NCBI GenBank assembly: GCA_964473825.1
Contig: CAYYQL010000011.1
Location: forward strand, 1-64,000
Source of the DNA: an uncultured archaeon
Lineage (GTDB): Archaea > Asgardarchaeota > Thorarchaeia > Thorarchaeales > Thorarchaeaceae
Length of the DNA: 64,000 bases
Direction: 5' to 3'
This document shows positions 10,336 through 19,639 of this stretch, one piece after another. A model generated the notes under the pieces. It worked only from the letters and a program-made list of their open reading frames with translations, ran no database searches and was not told where the DNA came from. Position 1 is the first letter of the stretch; every line of letters begins with the position of its first letter. A program made the position numbers and the translations under genes.

Positions 10336-10378
10336 TATACTCTATAAAACATAGAAAGAGTATATATATTATATACTC
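10336..10378. promoter_or_regulatory. AT-rich promoter with three TATACTC/GAGTATA half-sites upstream of the pok-pps-panE operon
   Basis: tatactct(10336-43)/agagtata(10357-64) and gagtatata(10358-66)/tatatactc(10370-78) inverted repeats. Confidence 0.5.
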
Positions 10379-10465
10379 ATTCTTCATGGAAGACTGTAGA
10401 GTACTCACGGCACCGACAAGGATTGATTGGAACGGTTGTGCTGAAGAAGGTGGACAAAAAGAAGA

Positions 10466-11305
10466 CTATCTCTTGGGTGGCAGGAGACTTGTGTAGCCCT
10501 TCTTATGCGGAGGTGTATTGGAGGAACCCTCGACAGGATACGCCCACCGAGCATCGATATCTCTTCCACTGAGGTCAAAGACCGTGAAGCTGCCAGAAGA
10601 CCAAGTAAGGGGACTGAACCCGAGCATCAGCGTCTGAGTACGCCAGCTCGAAACAACCATATGATTATTCATTCCTGCGGTTGGAACAACAAGAAATGCA
10701 TTGGACAACTCCATGAGCAAAGAGGTGCTTATTCTGTAGAAGAAACTGTATGTCTTCCTGTGTTCCTCTGTACCCTGCGCCCTGAGATCGTTAAGATACC
10801 TCATGATAGTTTCGTCATGAACTGACGGATCCATAACATCAGAGAGCTCCTCGACATCAACTACCACTGCGGTTTCGAAGTAATATGCAAGTGGAAACTC
10901 TGTGATATGGAAGATGATGAACTTGTCTTGAGATATGACATTGTAGAGGTGCTGAAAAATTGCCTGTTTTGAATAGAGCAAATTTGCATCCAAAGATGCA
11001 GGTCTGAACTTCTCCGATTCCTCTGCAACAACCAGACGAAACATGTCATCAAGCATATCCCCATCATACCCCATTCGAACGATGTGATAGGGACGTTCAG
11101 AAATGCTGTTGGATGCCTTCCCGCTGGCAATCAGATACTCATCTAAATCCCGCTTGAAGGTATCAAACTCGTTATCATTATCGAGAACAAAGAGCGACTG
11201 GCTAGGTGCACCAAAGGCAGAAACGACAGAGTCATAGGCTTCAAAACGTGCCTCCTTCTCAGGTGTGAGCTTCTTGACGCCCTTCCACGGAGATTCTTTA
11301 GGCAA
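10466..11305 (-). CDS. Hypothetical protein
   Basis: 279-aa ORF filling the gap, protein-like composition, no recognised motif. Confidence 0.7.
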   Translation of the reverse strand: MPKESPWKGVKKLTPEKEARFEAYDSVVSAFGAPSQSLFVLDNDNEFDTFKRDLDEYLIASGKASNSISERPYHIVRMGYDGDMLDDMFRLVVAEESEKFRPASLDANLLYSKQAIFQHLYNVISQDKFIIFHITEFPLAYYFETAVVVDVEELSDVMDPSVHDETIMRYLNDLRAQGTEEHRKTYSFFYRISTSLLMELSNAFLVVPTAGMNNHMVVSSWRTQTLMLGFSPLTWSSGSFTVFDLSGRDIDARWAYPVEGSSNTPPHKKGYTSLLPPKR

Positions 11306-11579
11306 GTCTCGACCCCAGCATCATTGTTTTTTCCCCATCTCCCGAACAACAATCATGTTTGGTCGGAATGGGAGTTTCGTGTTCCGAACCCAGAGACGGC
11401 ATTCTCCCTAGGGATGCCATTCTCGGCTGTTGTGGTCAAACATGGCCACTCATATATTCTTTGCCTAAGTCTATTTTCAAATCATCTGCCATCTTAAACC
11501 ATTCTCGAGAGGGGCGCCAATCTCCGTACTGATACTCTTCAGCTCAGTTTATCAGTCATAGACACACGTTAACCCATGT

Positions 11580-12818
11580 GTGAGCACGATGAAACACACG
11601 TCAAAACTGATCAAGTCCAGTCGCAGTCGCACCCTTGAGGGAAAGAAGATAGCATTGTGTATCACTGGAAGTGTGGCTGCGTCCGAATCGGTTGCACTGG
11701 CAAGAAACCTCATGCGTCATGGCGCAGAGGTCTACTGTGTGATGAGTCATAGTGCTCAGAAGATAGTGCATCCATATCTGTTGGAATGGGCAACTGGAAA
11801 TGAAGTTATCACCGAGCTGACCGGCCAAATCGAGCATGTGACACTTGCCGGAAAACACCCTGACCATGTCGACCTTGTATTGATTGCACCGTCAACCGCG
11901 AACACCATTGGAAAGATTGCAAACGGAATTGATGATACACCTGTTACCACCCTGGCCTCTTCCGCTATCGGAGCAGGAATACCCCTGCTCATCGTACCAG
12001 CGATGCATGAGTCGATGTATGACCATCCGGCGGTCACCAAGAACCTAGACTATCTGAGAGAGATAGAAGTGGAGATAGTAGCTCCCCGGATTGAGGAGGC
12101 CAAGGCGAAAATACCTTCTGTTGAAACCATAACGGAGGCGGTGTTCAAGGCTCTGACAATCAACGACCTGGAGGGCTTGCACTTCATTGTGACTGCGGGT
12201 CCAACACGAGGATGGATTGACAGAGTTCGCTTCATTAGCAACCCTTCCACCGGAAGGATGGGGCTCGAGATTGCTAAGGAGATAATATCACGGGGAGGAA
12301 CGGTCCGACTCATCCTAGGACCCACTGCACTTCCAATACCCCATTGGATTGAAACAACTAGGGTCGAGACCAGCAAAGAGATGCTGGATGCAGTGTTGCA
12401 TGAGATCACCGAAGAAACTGTGGACGTTCTTGTTTCAGCAGCTGCAGTCCTTGACTATGTTCCTGCAGAAAGAGAGGATCGAAAACGTCCCTCAGGCAAG
12501 TCATATTCCTTGGAGCTTGTGCCGACGGAGAAAGTAATCGAGAAAGCAAGAGAGACAAAAAACGAGCTGTTCATTGTGGGATTCAAAGTGGAGTCGGATG
12601 TCAGTGAAGAAGAGCTCGTTAGGCGAGCAGAAGCCAAAATCGAAACCGGTGTCTGCAATCTGGTCGTTGCCAATGATGAGAGTAAAGAAGGTGTCGCATT
12701 TGGCACGGACACCAACGAAGTGGTCATCGTGTCAAAGGATCATGTGGAGAAGGTGCCCCTCTCGACAAAGAGGGAGGTTGCCCGGGAAATCCTCACCCAG
12801 GTTGTCAGGATGCTCTAG
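11580..12818 (+). CDS. coaBC: Bifunctional phosphopantothenoylcysteine decarboxylase / phosphopantothenate-cysteine ligase
   Basis: ITGSVAA, APSTANTIGKIANGIDD, PAMHESM, TAGPT, RFISNPSTGRMG, GFKVE, VVAND. Confidence 0.96.
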   Translation: MSTMKHTSKLIKSSRSRTLEGKKIALCITGSVAASESVALARNLMRHGAEVYCVMSHSAQKIVHPYLLEWATGNEVITELTGQIEHVTLAGKHPDHVDLVLIAPSTANTIGKIANGIDDTPVTTLASSAIGAGIPLLIVPAMHESMYDHPAVTKNLDYLREIEVEIVAPRIEEAKAKIPSVETITEAVFKALTINDLEGLHFIVTAGPTRGWIDRVRFISNPSTGRMGLEIAKEIISRGGTVRLILGPTALPIPHWIETTRVETSKEMLDAVLHEITEETVDVLVSAAAVLDYVPAEREDRKRPSGKSYSLELVPTEKVIEKARETKNELFIVGFKVESDVSEEELVRRAEAKIETGVCNLVVANDESKEGVAFGTDTNEVVIVSKDHVEKVPLSTKREVAREILTQVVRML

Positions 12819-12845
12819 AAAAAGGAGAACCACAAGTCAGCCCTT

Positions 12846-13208
12846 TTAGAGAATCTCAAGCAGATTCTCGGCCATACGCTTCATGTCCACAAATATCAGA
12901 CCAAGCTGAGCATCCGATTTGGCGAGAACCAATAGGAGCGCGTCTATGCCTACGGAGGTCATAAGGGTGTAACCGTTCTCACCTTTCACATAGATTTCCT
13001 TGAGTTCACCACGATTGAGCTCGGTGGTTGCCTTCTCGCCCAAAGAGAGGATGGCTGCACTTATTGCCGCTACTCGCTCCTGCTCGCTCTCGGGTAAGGC
13101 GGAGGATATCATCAGGCCGTCTTGTGAAACAAGAGCTGCTCCCTCCACTCCGGGGACAGTTTCGAAATCACGGATCACCGAATTGATTTTATCAACACGA
13201 CTCGACAT
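12846..13208 (-). CDS. Roadblock/LC7 (MglB-like) protein
   Basis: GVEGAALVSQDGLMISS, RVAAISAA, LGLIF. Confidence 0.93.
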   Translation of the reverse strand: MSSRVDKINSVIRDFETVPGVEGAALVSQDGLMISSALPESEQERVAAISAAILSLGEKATTELNRGELKEIYVKGENGYTLMTSVGIDALLLVLAKSDAQLGLIFVDMKRMAENLLEIL

Positions 13209-13305
13209 ATGATGAATCTCCTAATATGCGCAAAAGAAACACTCTTTCATTAGTTATTAAGTACTATTGTCATATTTGGGTCAGGAAGCAGTTATTTTGC
13301 GCATT

Positions 13306-16300
13306 CTACTCGATTTCAAAGAACTCCTTAGGGTCAAACTCTTTGTCTCTCTTCTTTTGTTCCTCTCTCTTTTGGCGTTCAATCTCTTCACGTCGAGCCC
13401 TCTCCTTCCTAGAGAGAGACGGACTGGGAGAAACGCGTGGAGGAGGCGCACTCTTTCCTCTGCGCCTCTTGTAATATGTATAAGCAATTACCGCCACGGC
13501 AACCAGACCACCTCCGACTGCAAGAATAAGAACAGGCGACGGACGGATGTAGATGAAACTGACCAAGGTGATTGTCATTGAATCGTACCCGCTCTTCCTT
13601 CCATTGAGACCGAGATTGTGGTATCCGACCCGACCGCTTGTCCATTCCTCGGTTAGGGTGAGGACGTAGATACCGTCCCCAGTTTCTGATAACATGTGTG
13701 TGACATCTGTTTCATTCATGTAGGCCTCAATATCAATGCCCTCCAGAGCCTGACCAACCGCATCGCTGATTCGGAGTGTGATGACAATACGATCCCCCTC
13801 CCATGCAATCTCCTGATTTGTGGATATCTCGTCCAATATCAGCGACGGCTGTTCGAACCAAGACACAGCATTCTCCACTGTCAGATTGGCCTGGAGACCT
13901 GCTGGTCGCGTGGTGGAGAGAGCTATCTTGCCAACGCCAACTGTAGAGGCAACAATGACGGGATTAGCTCCATCGGTGGCGATGATAGAGAAGTTCGCCC
14001 ATTGACCTGCAAAATGGCCTTGATAGTCAACGGTGGCACTCAGTTCATTTGGTACACTCACCAATGAATGTGCATCATCGAGGAAATCAATCCCGGAAGA
14101 TGAGGCTGAGGATACGTACGTAAGAGGCCATGGGAGCCATGAGAGGTCACCGGACACCCCCAAGACCACAAGAGTACCACCACCCGTAACATAGTTCAGT
14201 ATGTCGTTTCTAGATGAGGCAAACTCCGAAGAGAACTCAGAGGTAGTATCAGGTTCCACCAACACACACCTTCTGAGGAAGAGTAGACGCAGGAAATCTG
14301 AGTAATTGGAAACCTCATAATAGTCATGATCCAGCAATAAGGAGTCAAACAGAGTGGGCAGATAATCAGAACCACCAAGACCAACAATAGGTCGAGTCCC
14401 TCGGCCTGGTGTGTGGCCATCAAGCGAGAGCCCATAGGGATCGACAGCGACAATATGAGGACTGTCAGATGGGTGGTATAATACGACACTCGGGTCGCCA
14501 AACAGGATGTGTTGGTTCGCGTAATCACGCGGCTCCCCAGTCGGCAATGGGTCCGAGTAGTCTGACGAAACTAGCGTCAGGGCCTCAGACAACGATCTCC
14601 CAACAGGTCTTCCTGCAACGAGAGACTCGGTTACGTACAACGAGAGCATAGCTGCGGGTTGAAAGTAGACAGTACGTGGAGAACCGAAGACAGCTACAGA
14701 CCCCCGCTCCATGAGAACCGAAGGAAGGCGAGAACCTCCTAGAAGACAAGCAGTAAGCAGAACGATGGGCGAGCCTATGTGTCCAACTCGTCCTTCAAGA
14801 TCAGATGTGGTCTCAATTCGGTGATGACCCTGCTCAGACGCAAACATGACAGGGTTCACAAGCTGGTCCCCGTTAGCATCTCTCTGGCTCTCGGTCTCAA
14901 CACCATAAGGGATGTCTTCATCACGAAGAGAGAAGAGTCCTTCACCTTCAGGCCGATTCGGAGGATCCGTGGGATATCGCGTCAGAGTGCCGTGTGTACT
15001 GAAGGTCCAAAGGGCGAGTTGAGAGTTGACTGCCTCATAGACCTCATTGTAACCAATATGCGAGTCAATGGTGAAACCTCTATCCTCAAGCATGGAGGTT
15101 GAGTTCTCATATTGATAGATTGTATTCAAGTTGTAGTTGTTATCCAGAAGACTGGCACCGTGGGTGTACGCGTACATACTGACAAGCGAGGTGTCAGCAG
15201 ACTCAGAGGTTTCAAAGAGGAATCTGTGGAGCATGCCACGATTGATCATGACAGAAGCCATTGCTGGATTAGGTGCGGGAATTCGACCCGGAGAGAAGTG
15301 ACTCTGAAGCGATCTGTCGAAGCTAGTCTTCACTACATCGGTGGGTGAAACAACAACCACATCTTGAGGAGAGGATGAGTTGTATGCCGCCCTGTCAACT
15401 AAGAAGGCTTCAAAAGAGTTCACTGAGAGCTGCATCGAGTATTTGTTGGGAATGCGTTCGTCATACCATCCATTCTCAGTTCTTGTTGAGTATCGATTAG
15501 TCACATAGACATCAATCTCAGGCCCTATCAGGTAAGGAGCCCATGTTTCTTCGGCGCGAGTCATCATAGAGTTGTCGCCGTCACAAAGAGAAAAGACAGG
15601 GCCTCCGCGATAGGCTGCCGACAGTGCAGCTGGAGCAAAGAACTCGGAACCGTCACCACGAGGTACTGTGACAACCACATCATTTGAAGCTGACAGGCTC
15701 TTTATCCACTGGGTAACAAGCTGGTAGTTGTTCAGATTGTTGACGAAGAAGTTGTTATCCAGTGCATCATAGAGTTGGGATGTGTGAATACCCTGAGGAT
15801 CCACAAGAAAGGCTACCGAGATTCCAAGTCGACTAGCAGCCCAGTCCGTTATCTCGGGAACCGCGTCCCTGTCAACATATAGAAGCGGAGCATTCAACAG
15901 TGAAGCCAAGACTGCACCATTTGCGGCAGATTCGAGATACGCCTCCAGTAGAGAGGGAGAGGCTTTCATCTGCCAAGATAGATTGACGTTGTTGTTCTCA
16001 ACTGTTGCATCCATCCACGCAACAACGACAGTCCATGTTCCGGCCATTGGGTATTCGATGTCAACGCTTGCCGAACCAGGACGGGCTAGAATGCTGCCTG
16101 ATGGGTCCCAAGCAACGAGGCGCCCAGTTGGATCCACCAGCGCCAGATTGAGATCCGCAGCGGTCTTGTCCCAGCCCAAGTCGATGTGCAGTGATGAAAC
16201 ATCGGCTCCAACAGCAAGCTCGTAGGTGAAACTCGGGTGATACTTCAGGATGAAATCTAGAGACAGGGGATTGTTGATTGTGGTCCAAGGATATAGGCGC

Positions 16301-17172
16301 AACGTCCACTGGCCATCCATTGTCTTTGGAATCCAGAATTGTAGGGGAACAGGAGCATCAAGCTGGGGGCTAAAACGCTCCCAATACGTCTGGGTCCAGA
16401 CTGAGTAATCAACCACTCGTCCACTAGGGTCTTTTAGTACGTGAGTAAAGTAGGCACTGCCGGTCCAGTTGATTGACGCTTCTATCCAACCACAGTCGGA
16501 CGGCGGAGTGAAGACCACATCTACGGGATCCGTAGAGGGGATGGTCACATCAGGTGTATAGGTGGTCACGGGCTGGTTGGTAAAGACGTACTCGGTACTA
16601 TTCCCCAACAGTGCAGTACTCTCGAATGAATCCTTAGCCAGTGCAAAGACGCCAATATCAGAACTCTGCCAGTCAGCCACCGCAATCTCAGCCGCAATCT
16701 GAGCGGAGGATGACCCCCGAATCCACGGAAATATTGAGGTTCCTGTTCTTTGCTTAATCTCCCTAGCAATGTCTGGAGCAAGATCGCCAATTATCATCGT
16801 CTGCGTCATCCCGCCATCGATCGACACGTAATCGGCCCAGTCCTCAGACAGCCATATCTCCGACTGAGAGTTCTCGCTTAGGATGAGTGGTGACATGTAG
16901 GTGGTACCACCGCTATGGAATACAGAACTGGGCACTGCAGCCATGTACGAGAACTCATCTCTGTAGGAGAATGGATCATCAGCCACGTAGGCTATACGTC
17001 GAAGAGGTGTCAGTGAAGAAGCATTTGCAGAGAGAGCATAGGGGCTCGAACCGGACGAGCCTTTGTCCATACTCTGAAACAGCTGTTGTGGTGCGTTGAC
17101 CGAAAGTAACAGATTTGGGATACACAGGATTAGTACTAATGCCGCAATAGCTCCGCGATTCGGTTCTCGCAC
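13306..17172 (-). CDS. Large secreted, C-terminally membrane-anchored protein with gingipain/C25-like (clan CD) protease domain
   Basis: Signal peptide; PPC-like segments (DLNLALVDPTG); FSTHG ... LTACLLG ... ILFGDP; C-terminal TM helix followed by KRRR and a charged tail. Confidence 0.75.
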   Translation of the reverse strand: MREPNRGAIAALVLILCIPNLLLSVNAPQQLFQSMDKGSSGSSPYALSANASSLTPLRRIAYVADDPFSYRDEFSYMAAVPSSVFHSGGTTYMSPLILSENSQSEIWLSEDWADYVSIDGGMTQTMIIGDLAPDIAREIKQRTGTSIFPWIRGSSSAQIAAEIAVADWQSSDIGVFALAKDSFESTALLGNSTEYVFTNQPVTTYTPDVTIPSTDPVDVVFTPPSDCGWIEASINWTGSAYFTHVLKDPSGRVVDYSVWTQTYWERFSPQLDAPVPLQFWIPKTMDGQWTLRLYPWTTINNPLSLDFILKYHPSFTYELAVGADVSSLHIDLGWDKTAADLNLALVDPTGRLVAWDPSGSILARPGSASVDIEYPMAGTWTVVVAWMDATVENNNVNLSWQMKASPSLLEAYLESAANGAVLASLLNAPLLYVDRDAVPEITDWAASRLGISVAFLVDPQGIHTSQLYDALDNNFFVNNLNNYQLVTQWIKSLSASNDVVVTVPRGDGSEFFAPAALSAAYRGGPVFSLCDGDNSMMTRAEETWAPYLIGPEIDVYVTNRYSTRTENGWYDERIPNKYSMQLSVNSFEAFLVDRAAYNSSSPQDVVVVSPTDVVKTSFDRSLQSHFSPGRIPAPNPAMASVMINRGMLHRFLFETSESADTSLVSMYAYTHGASLLDNNYNLNTIYQYENSTSMLEDRGFTIDSHIGYNEVYEAVNSQLALWTFSTHGTLTRYPTDPPNRPEGEGLFSLRDEDIPYGVETESQRDANGDQLVNPVMFASEQGHHRIETTSDLEGRVGHIGSPIVLLTACLLGGSRLPSVLMERGSVAVFGSPRTVYFQPAAMLSLYVTESLVAGRPVGRSLSEALTLVSSDYSDPLPTGEPRDYANQHILFGDPSVVLYHPSDSPHIVAVDPYGLSLDGHTPGRGTRPIVGLGGSDYLPTLFDSLLLDHDYYEVSNYSDFLRLLFLRRCVLVEPDTTSEFSSEFASSRNDILNYVTGGGTLVVLGVSGDLSWLPWPLTYVSSASSSGIDFLDDAHSLVSVPNELSATVDYQGHFAGQWANFSIIATDGANPVIVASTVGVGKIALSTTRPAGLQANLTVENAVSWFEQPSLILDEISTNQEIAWEGDRIVITLRISDAVGQALEGIDIEAYMNETDVTHMLSETGDGIYVLTLTEEWTSGRVGYHNLGLNGRKSGYDSMTITLVSFIYIRPSPVLILAVGGGLVAVAVIAYTYYKRRRGKSAPPPRVSPSPSLSRKERARREEIERQKREEQKKRDKEFDPKEFFEIE

Positions 17173-17285
17173 TTCTCATGTCTCCTTACAGATATTGAAG
17201 AGGAGCTCATGAAGTCAAATAGGCTTTTTCTTGAGGTAGTTAAGGCTTGAGTATACCAGAGCATTTCTTGGGTATCCGGCGAGTT

Positions 17286-18140
17286 CTATATCAAGTCCTC
17301 GTCGAAATCATCATCGGTGTCATCCTCGTCCTCTTCCTCCTCCTCGGGGAGAGCGTCGATGACAGAGTCAATAACCTTTCGTAATCGACGGCGAGTGGAC
17401 TTGGGAATATCCCACATCTTACTCTCAGCTCTCTCAACGACTTCTCGGGAGAACTCGTAAATCTCAGCTTCAAGATAGAGCTTGGCGGCCTCAGTGAAGT
17501 GTTCAGCTGCCTTCTTCTGGTCGCCCTGTAACTCCGCAATATCCCCCAGAAGAGAGAGTGCATCGGCAGTACCTGCCTTGTCATCAATCTCCTTATAGAC
17601 CTTGAGAGCCTTCTTGAACATCTTAACAGCATTGTCCCAGTCTTCTTTGTCTGCGTATGCGTTGCCCATATCCATGATTATGCTGGCAACACCTTGCTGG
17701 TTGTCGGAGGCCTTGTAGGCCTTCTGGGCTTCTTTGAATAGGTCCATTGCTGAATCAAAATCGCCCTTACCTAGATTCGCGAGTGCAAGCGCATAGACAG
17801 AATCAGCTTTGCCTTCTTCGTTCGACAACTTCTCAAACATATCCAAGGCCGTTTCGCACGTTTCAGCGGCCTTCTCGTATTGCTCAAGATTAATCTGGGC
17901 CAAACCCAGGTTGTACAGAGCATCACTCATGCCCACATCATCGTCCAGTTCCTTGTAGAGAGCGAGGGCCTTTTGAAAACAGTCGTGTGCCTCTTCGTAT
18001 TCGGCATATGACATGTAGATATTCCCGACTTCATTGTACAACTTGGCTGCATTCTCTTTGCTGCCAGACTCATCCAGATTTGCAGCCTCCTCGAGCAGCA
18101 TTGCCGGGTCCAGATCCTCAAAATCGTATTCCTCACTCAT
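17286..18140 (-). CDS. Tetratricopeptide repeat protein
   Basis: ~40-aa repeats (ALYNLG..., AxxxFxKALxxYxEL); acidic termini. Confidence 0.9.
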   Translation of the reverse strand: MSEEYDFEDLDPAMLLEEAANLDESGSKENAAKLYNEVGNIYMSYAEYEEAHDCFQKALALYKELDDDVGMSDALYNLGLAQINLEQYEKAAETCETALDMFEKLSNEEGKADSVYALALANLGKGDFDSAMDLFKEAQKAYKASDNQQGVASIIMDMGNAYADKEDWDNAVKMFKKALKVYKEIDDKAGTADALSLLGDIAELQGDQKKAAEHFTEAAKLYLEAEIYEFSREVVERAESKMWDIPKSTRRRLRKVIDSVIDALPEEEEEDEDDTDDDFDEDLI

Positions 18141-18208
18141 GGGATGTCACATCCATTACGTATGCCTTGAGCCCATCTATGTCGCTTTTGATTCTTTCTG
18201 ATTGTGAC

Positions 18209-18910
18209 TTAGCGACTCATGAGGAGCATTGGGTTCTCAAGAATGGGACGTACACTGTCCCGGACCTTGAACTCCTCGTCGCCGACTTGAACCTCTAGGA
18301 GTTTCCTTAGTTCAAAACGCCTCAGATAACCAACAACATGCGCTCGGTCCATGTTGAGGTCGGCCATCAGTCTGGTTAGTCCGTCTGATAGACCGCTGTA
18401 CTCAGCCATCTTCTTGAACACAGAACACCACTGCATCATAGAGAGATACAGTAGAGTACGAAGTACGTTATCGATGTTCTCTCCGGTCTTGGCCGAACAC
18501 GGGATTACAGGTAGACCAACGAGAAAGCTCATGCTCTCACGAAGCCTGTCAACGGGGCGCGCAGCATCAAGGTCCTGCTTGTTAGCAGCAACAACACAGG
18601 GAACCCCAGGCAGGAAGAATGCAATCTCTCTGAAGAAGAGCCTAGCCCTGGCATCCGACTCCTCATCGACCGAGTCGACGACGAAGATTATACCATCTGC
18701 GCCTGAACTCAGAATCTTTCTCATTGTCCTGAATCGAAGGAGCCCTGGTGTTCCAAACAAGAATACACTCATACCATCTACGTTGGCCACACCGTGATCC
18801 ATGGCTATGGTAGTACCATTCCGCTCTATATTGATGCATGCACCATCGGTTATTTTGTGAACAATGGAGCTCTTCCCCGATTCATATGGGCCTGTGACTA
18901 CAATCTTCAT
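18209..18910 (-). CDS. Small GTPase (MglA/CvnD-like) with C-terminal helix-turn-helix-like extension
   Basis: KIVVTGPYESGKSS, TTIAMDHG, FGTPGL, ANKQD, CSAK; ATG at 18910. Confidence 0.88.
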   Translation of the reverse strand: MKIVVTGPYESGKSSIVHKITDGACINIERNGTTIAMDHGVANVDGMSVFLFGTPGLLRFRTMRKILSSGADGIIFVVDSVDEESDARARLFFREIAFFLPGVPCVVAANKQDLDAARPVDRLRESMSFLVGLPVIPCSAKTGENIDNVLRTLLYLSMMQWCSVFKKMAEYSGLSDGLTRLMADLNMDRAHVVGYLRRFELRKLLEVQVGDEEFKVRDSVRPILENPMLLMSR

Positions 18911-19160
18911 TTGCTTGCACCCAATCCTGCATTCCGTGCTTTGCGTCCTCGTAATCATATTGACAGTTAATAATGATTTGGCGTTCCTTCTCTTAGGTGT
19001 TACTCGGCTGATTCCCACCGGCCAGGCAACCTGAAAACTTGGGGCCTGCAACGGGAATCGATGGTGTGCCAAGTTAATTTCGTCAAAACCCGTATCAAAG
19101 AAGTTATATCGGCAAAACGCGAAGTGTTCAGTGAGAATAGTACTTGGAGTGAGCTTACTC

Positions 19161-19325
19161 TTGGCAACAACAAAGCAAGTCAAAGAACCTGAATTCTGGC
19201 TGTTCCACGATGCGGAAAAGGAAGAGATCGTCGAGATTCGCAAATTCATTGACCCGGACCTAGACTTAAGTTCGCTGAAAGGATTCGACAAACTTCTTGA
19301 TAAGTTGAATCATCTCATCGAATAG
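19161..19325 (+). CDS. Small hypothetical protein (~54 aa)
   Basis: GGAGTGA Shine-Dalgarno-like at 19146-52 before TTG; charged globular-looking sequence. Confidence 0.55.
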   Translation: MATTKQVKEPEFWLFHDAEKEEIVEIRKFIDPDLDLSSLKGFDKLLDKLNHLIE

Positions 19326-19639
19326 AGCCTGAATGCTCCTGGCCAAGTGAGTTGAGTCTGGCACACCTTCTTTCTTAAACAGGCAAGGCATTGCTGAGGA
19401 GATTATCTTCTACGTATCTAGCCCCAATGAAAAATAAGTTGCACAGGTATTTGAATCCGTAACAACGTGAATTATGATACTGGTCACCATTCTGGGATGG
19501 ATACATCCGTCAGAAAGGATAGTTCCTAGCTACTCATTGACGGACACTGCCTAAGAAAACCATCACACAAGCGCTATTTCATAAGTCTTAAAGAGAATTC
19601 TAGGCTTGTTATGACCGTTCCACAGAGGAGAGTTTAGTC

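Noticed and set aside
18911-19291. Long N-terminal extension of the GTPase in the ORF track
   Set aside because: Non-protein-like sequence overlapping a better + strand small ORF; the G domain starts at ATG 18910
19506-19544. tccgtca/tgacgga stem upstream of rtcB
   Set aside because: Single 7-bp helix, no tRNA-like or bulge-helix-bulge features
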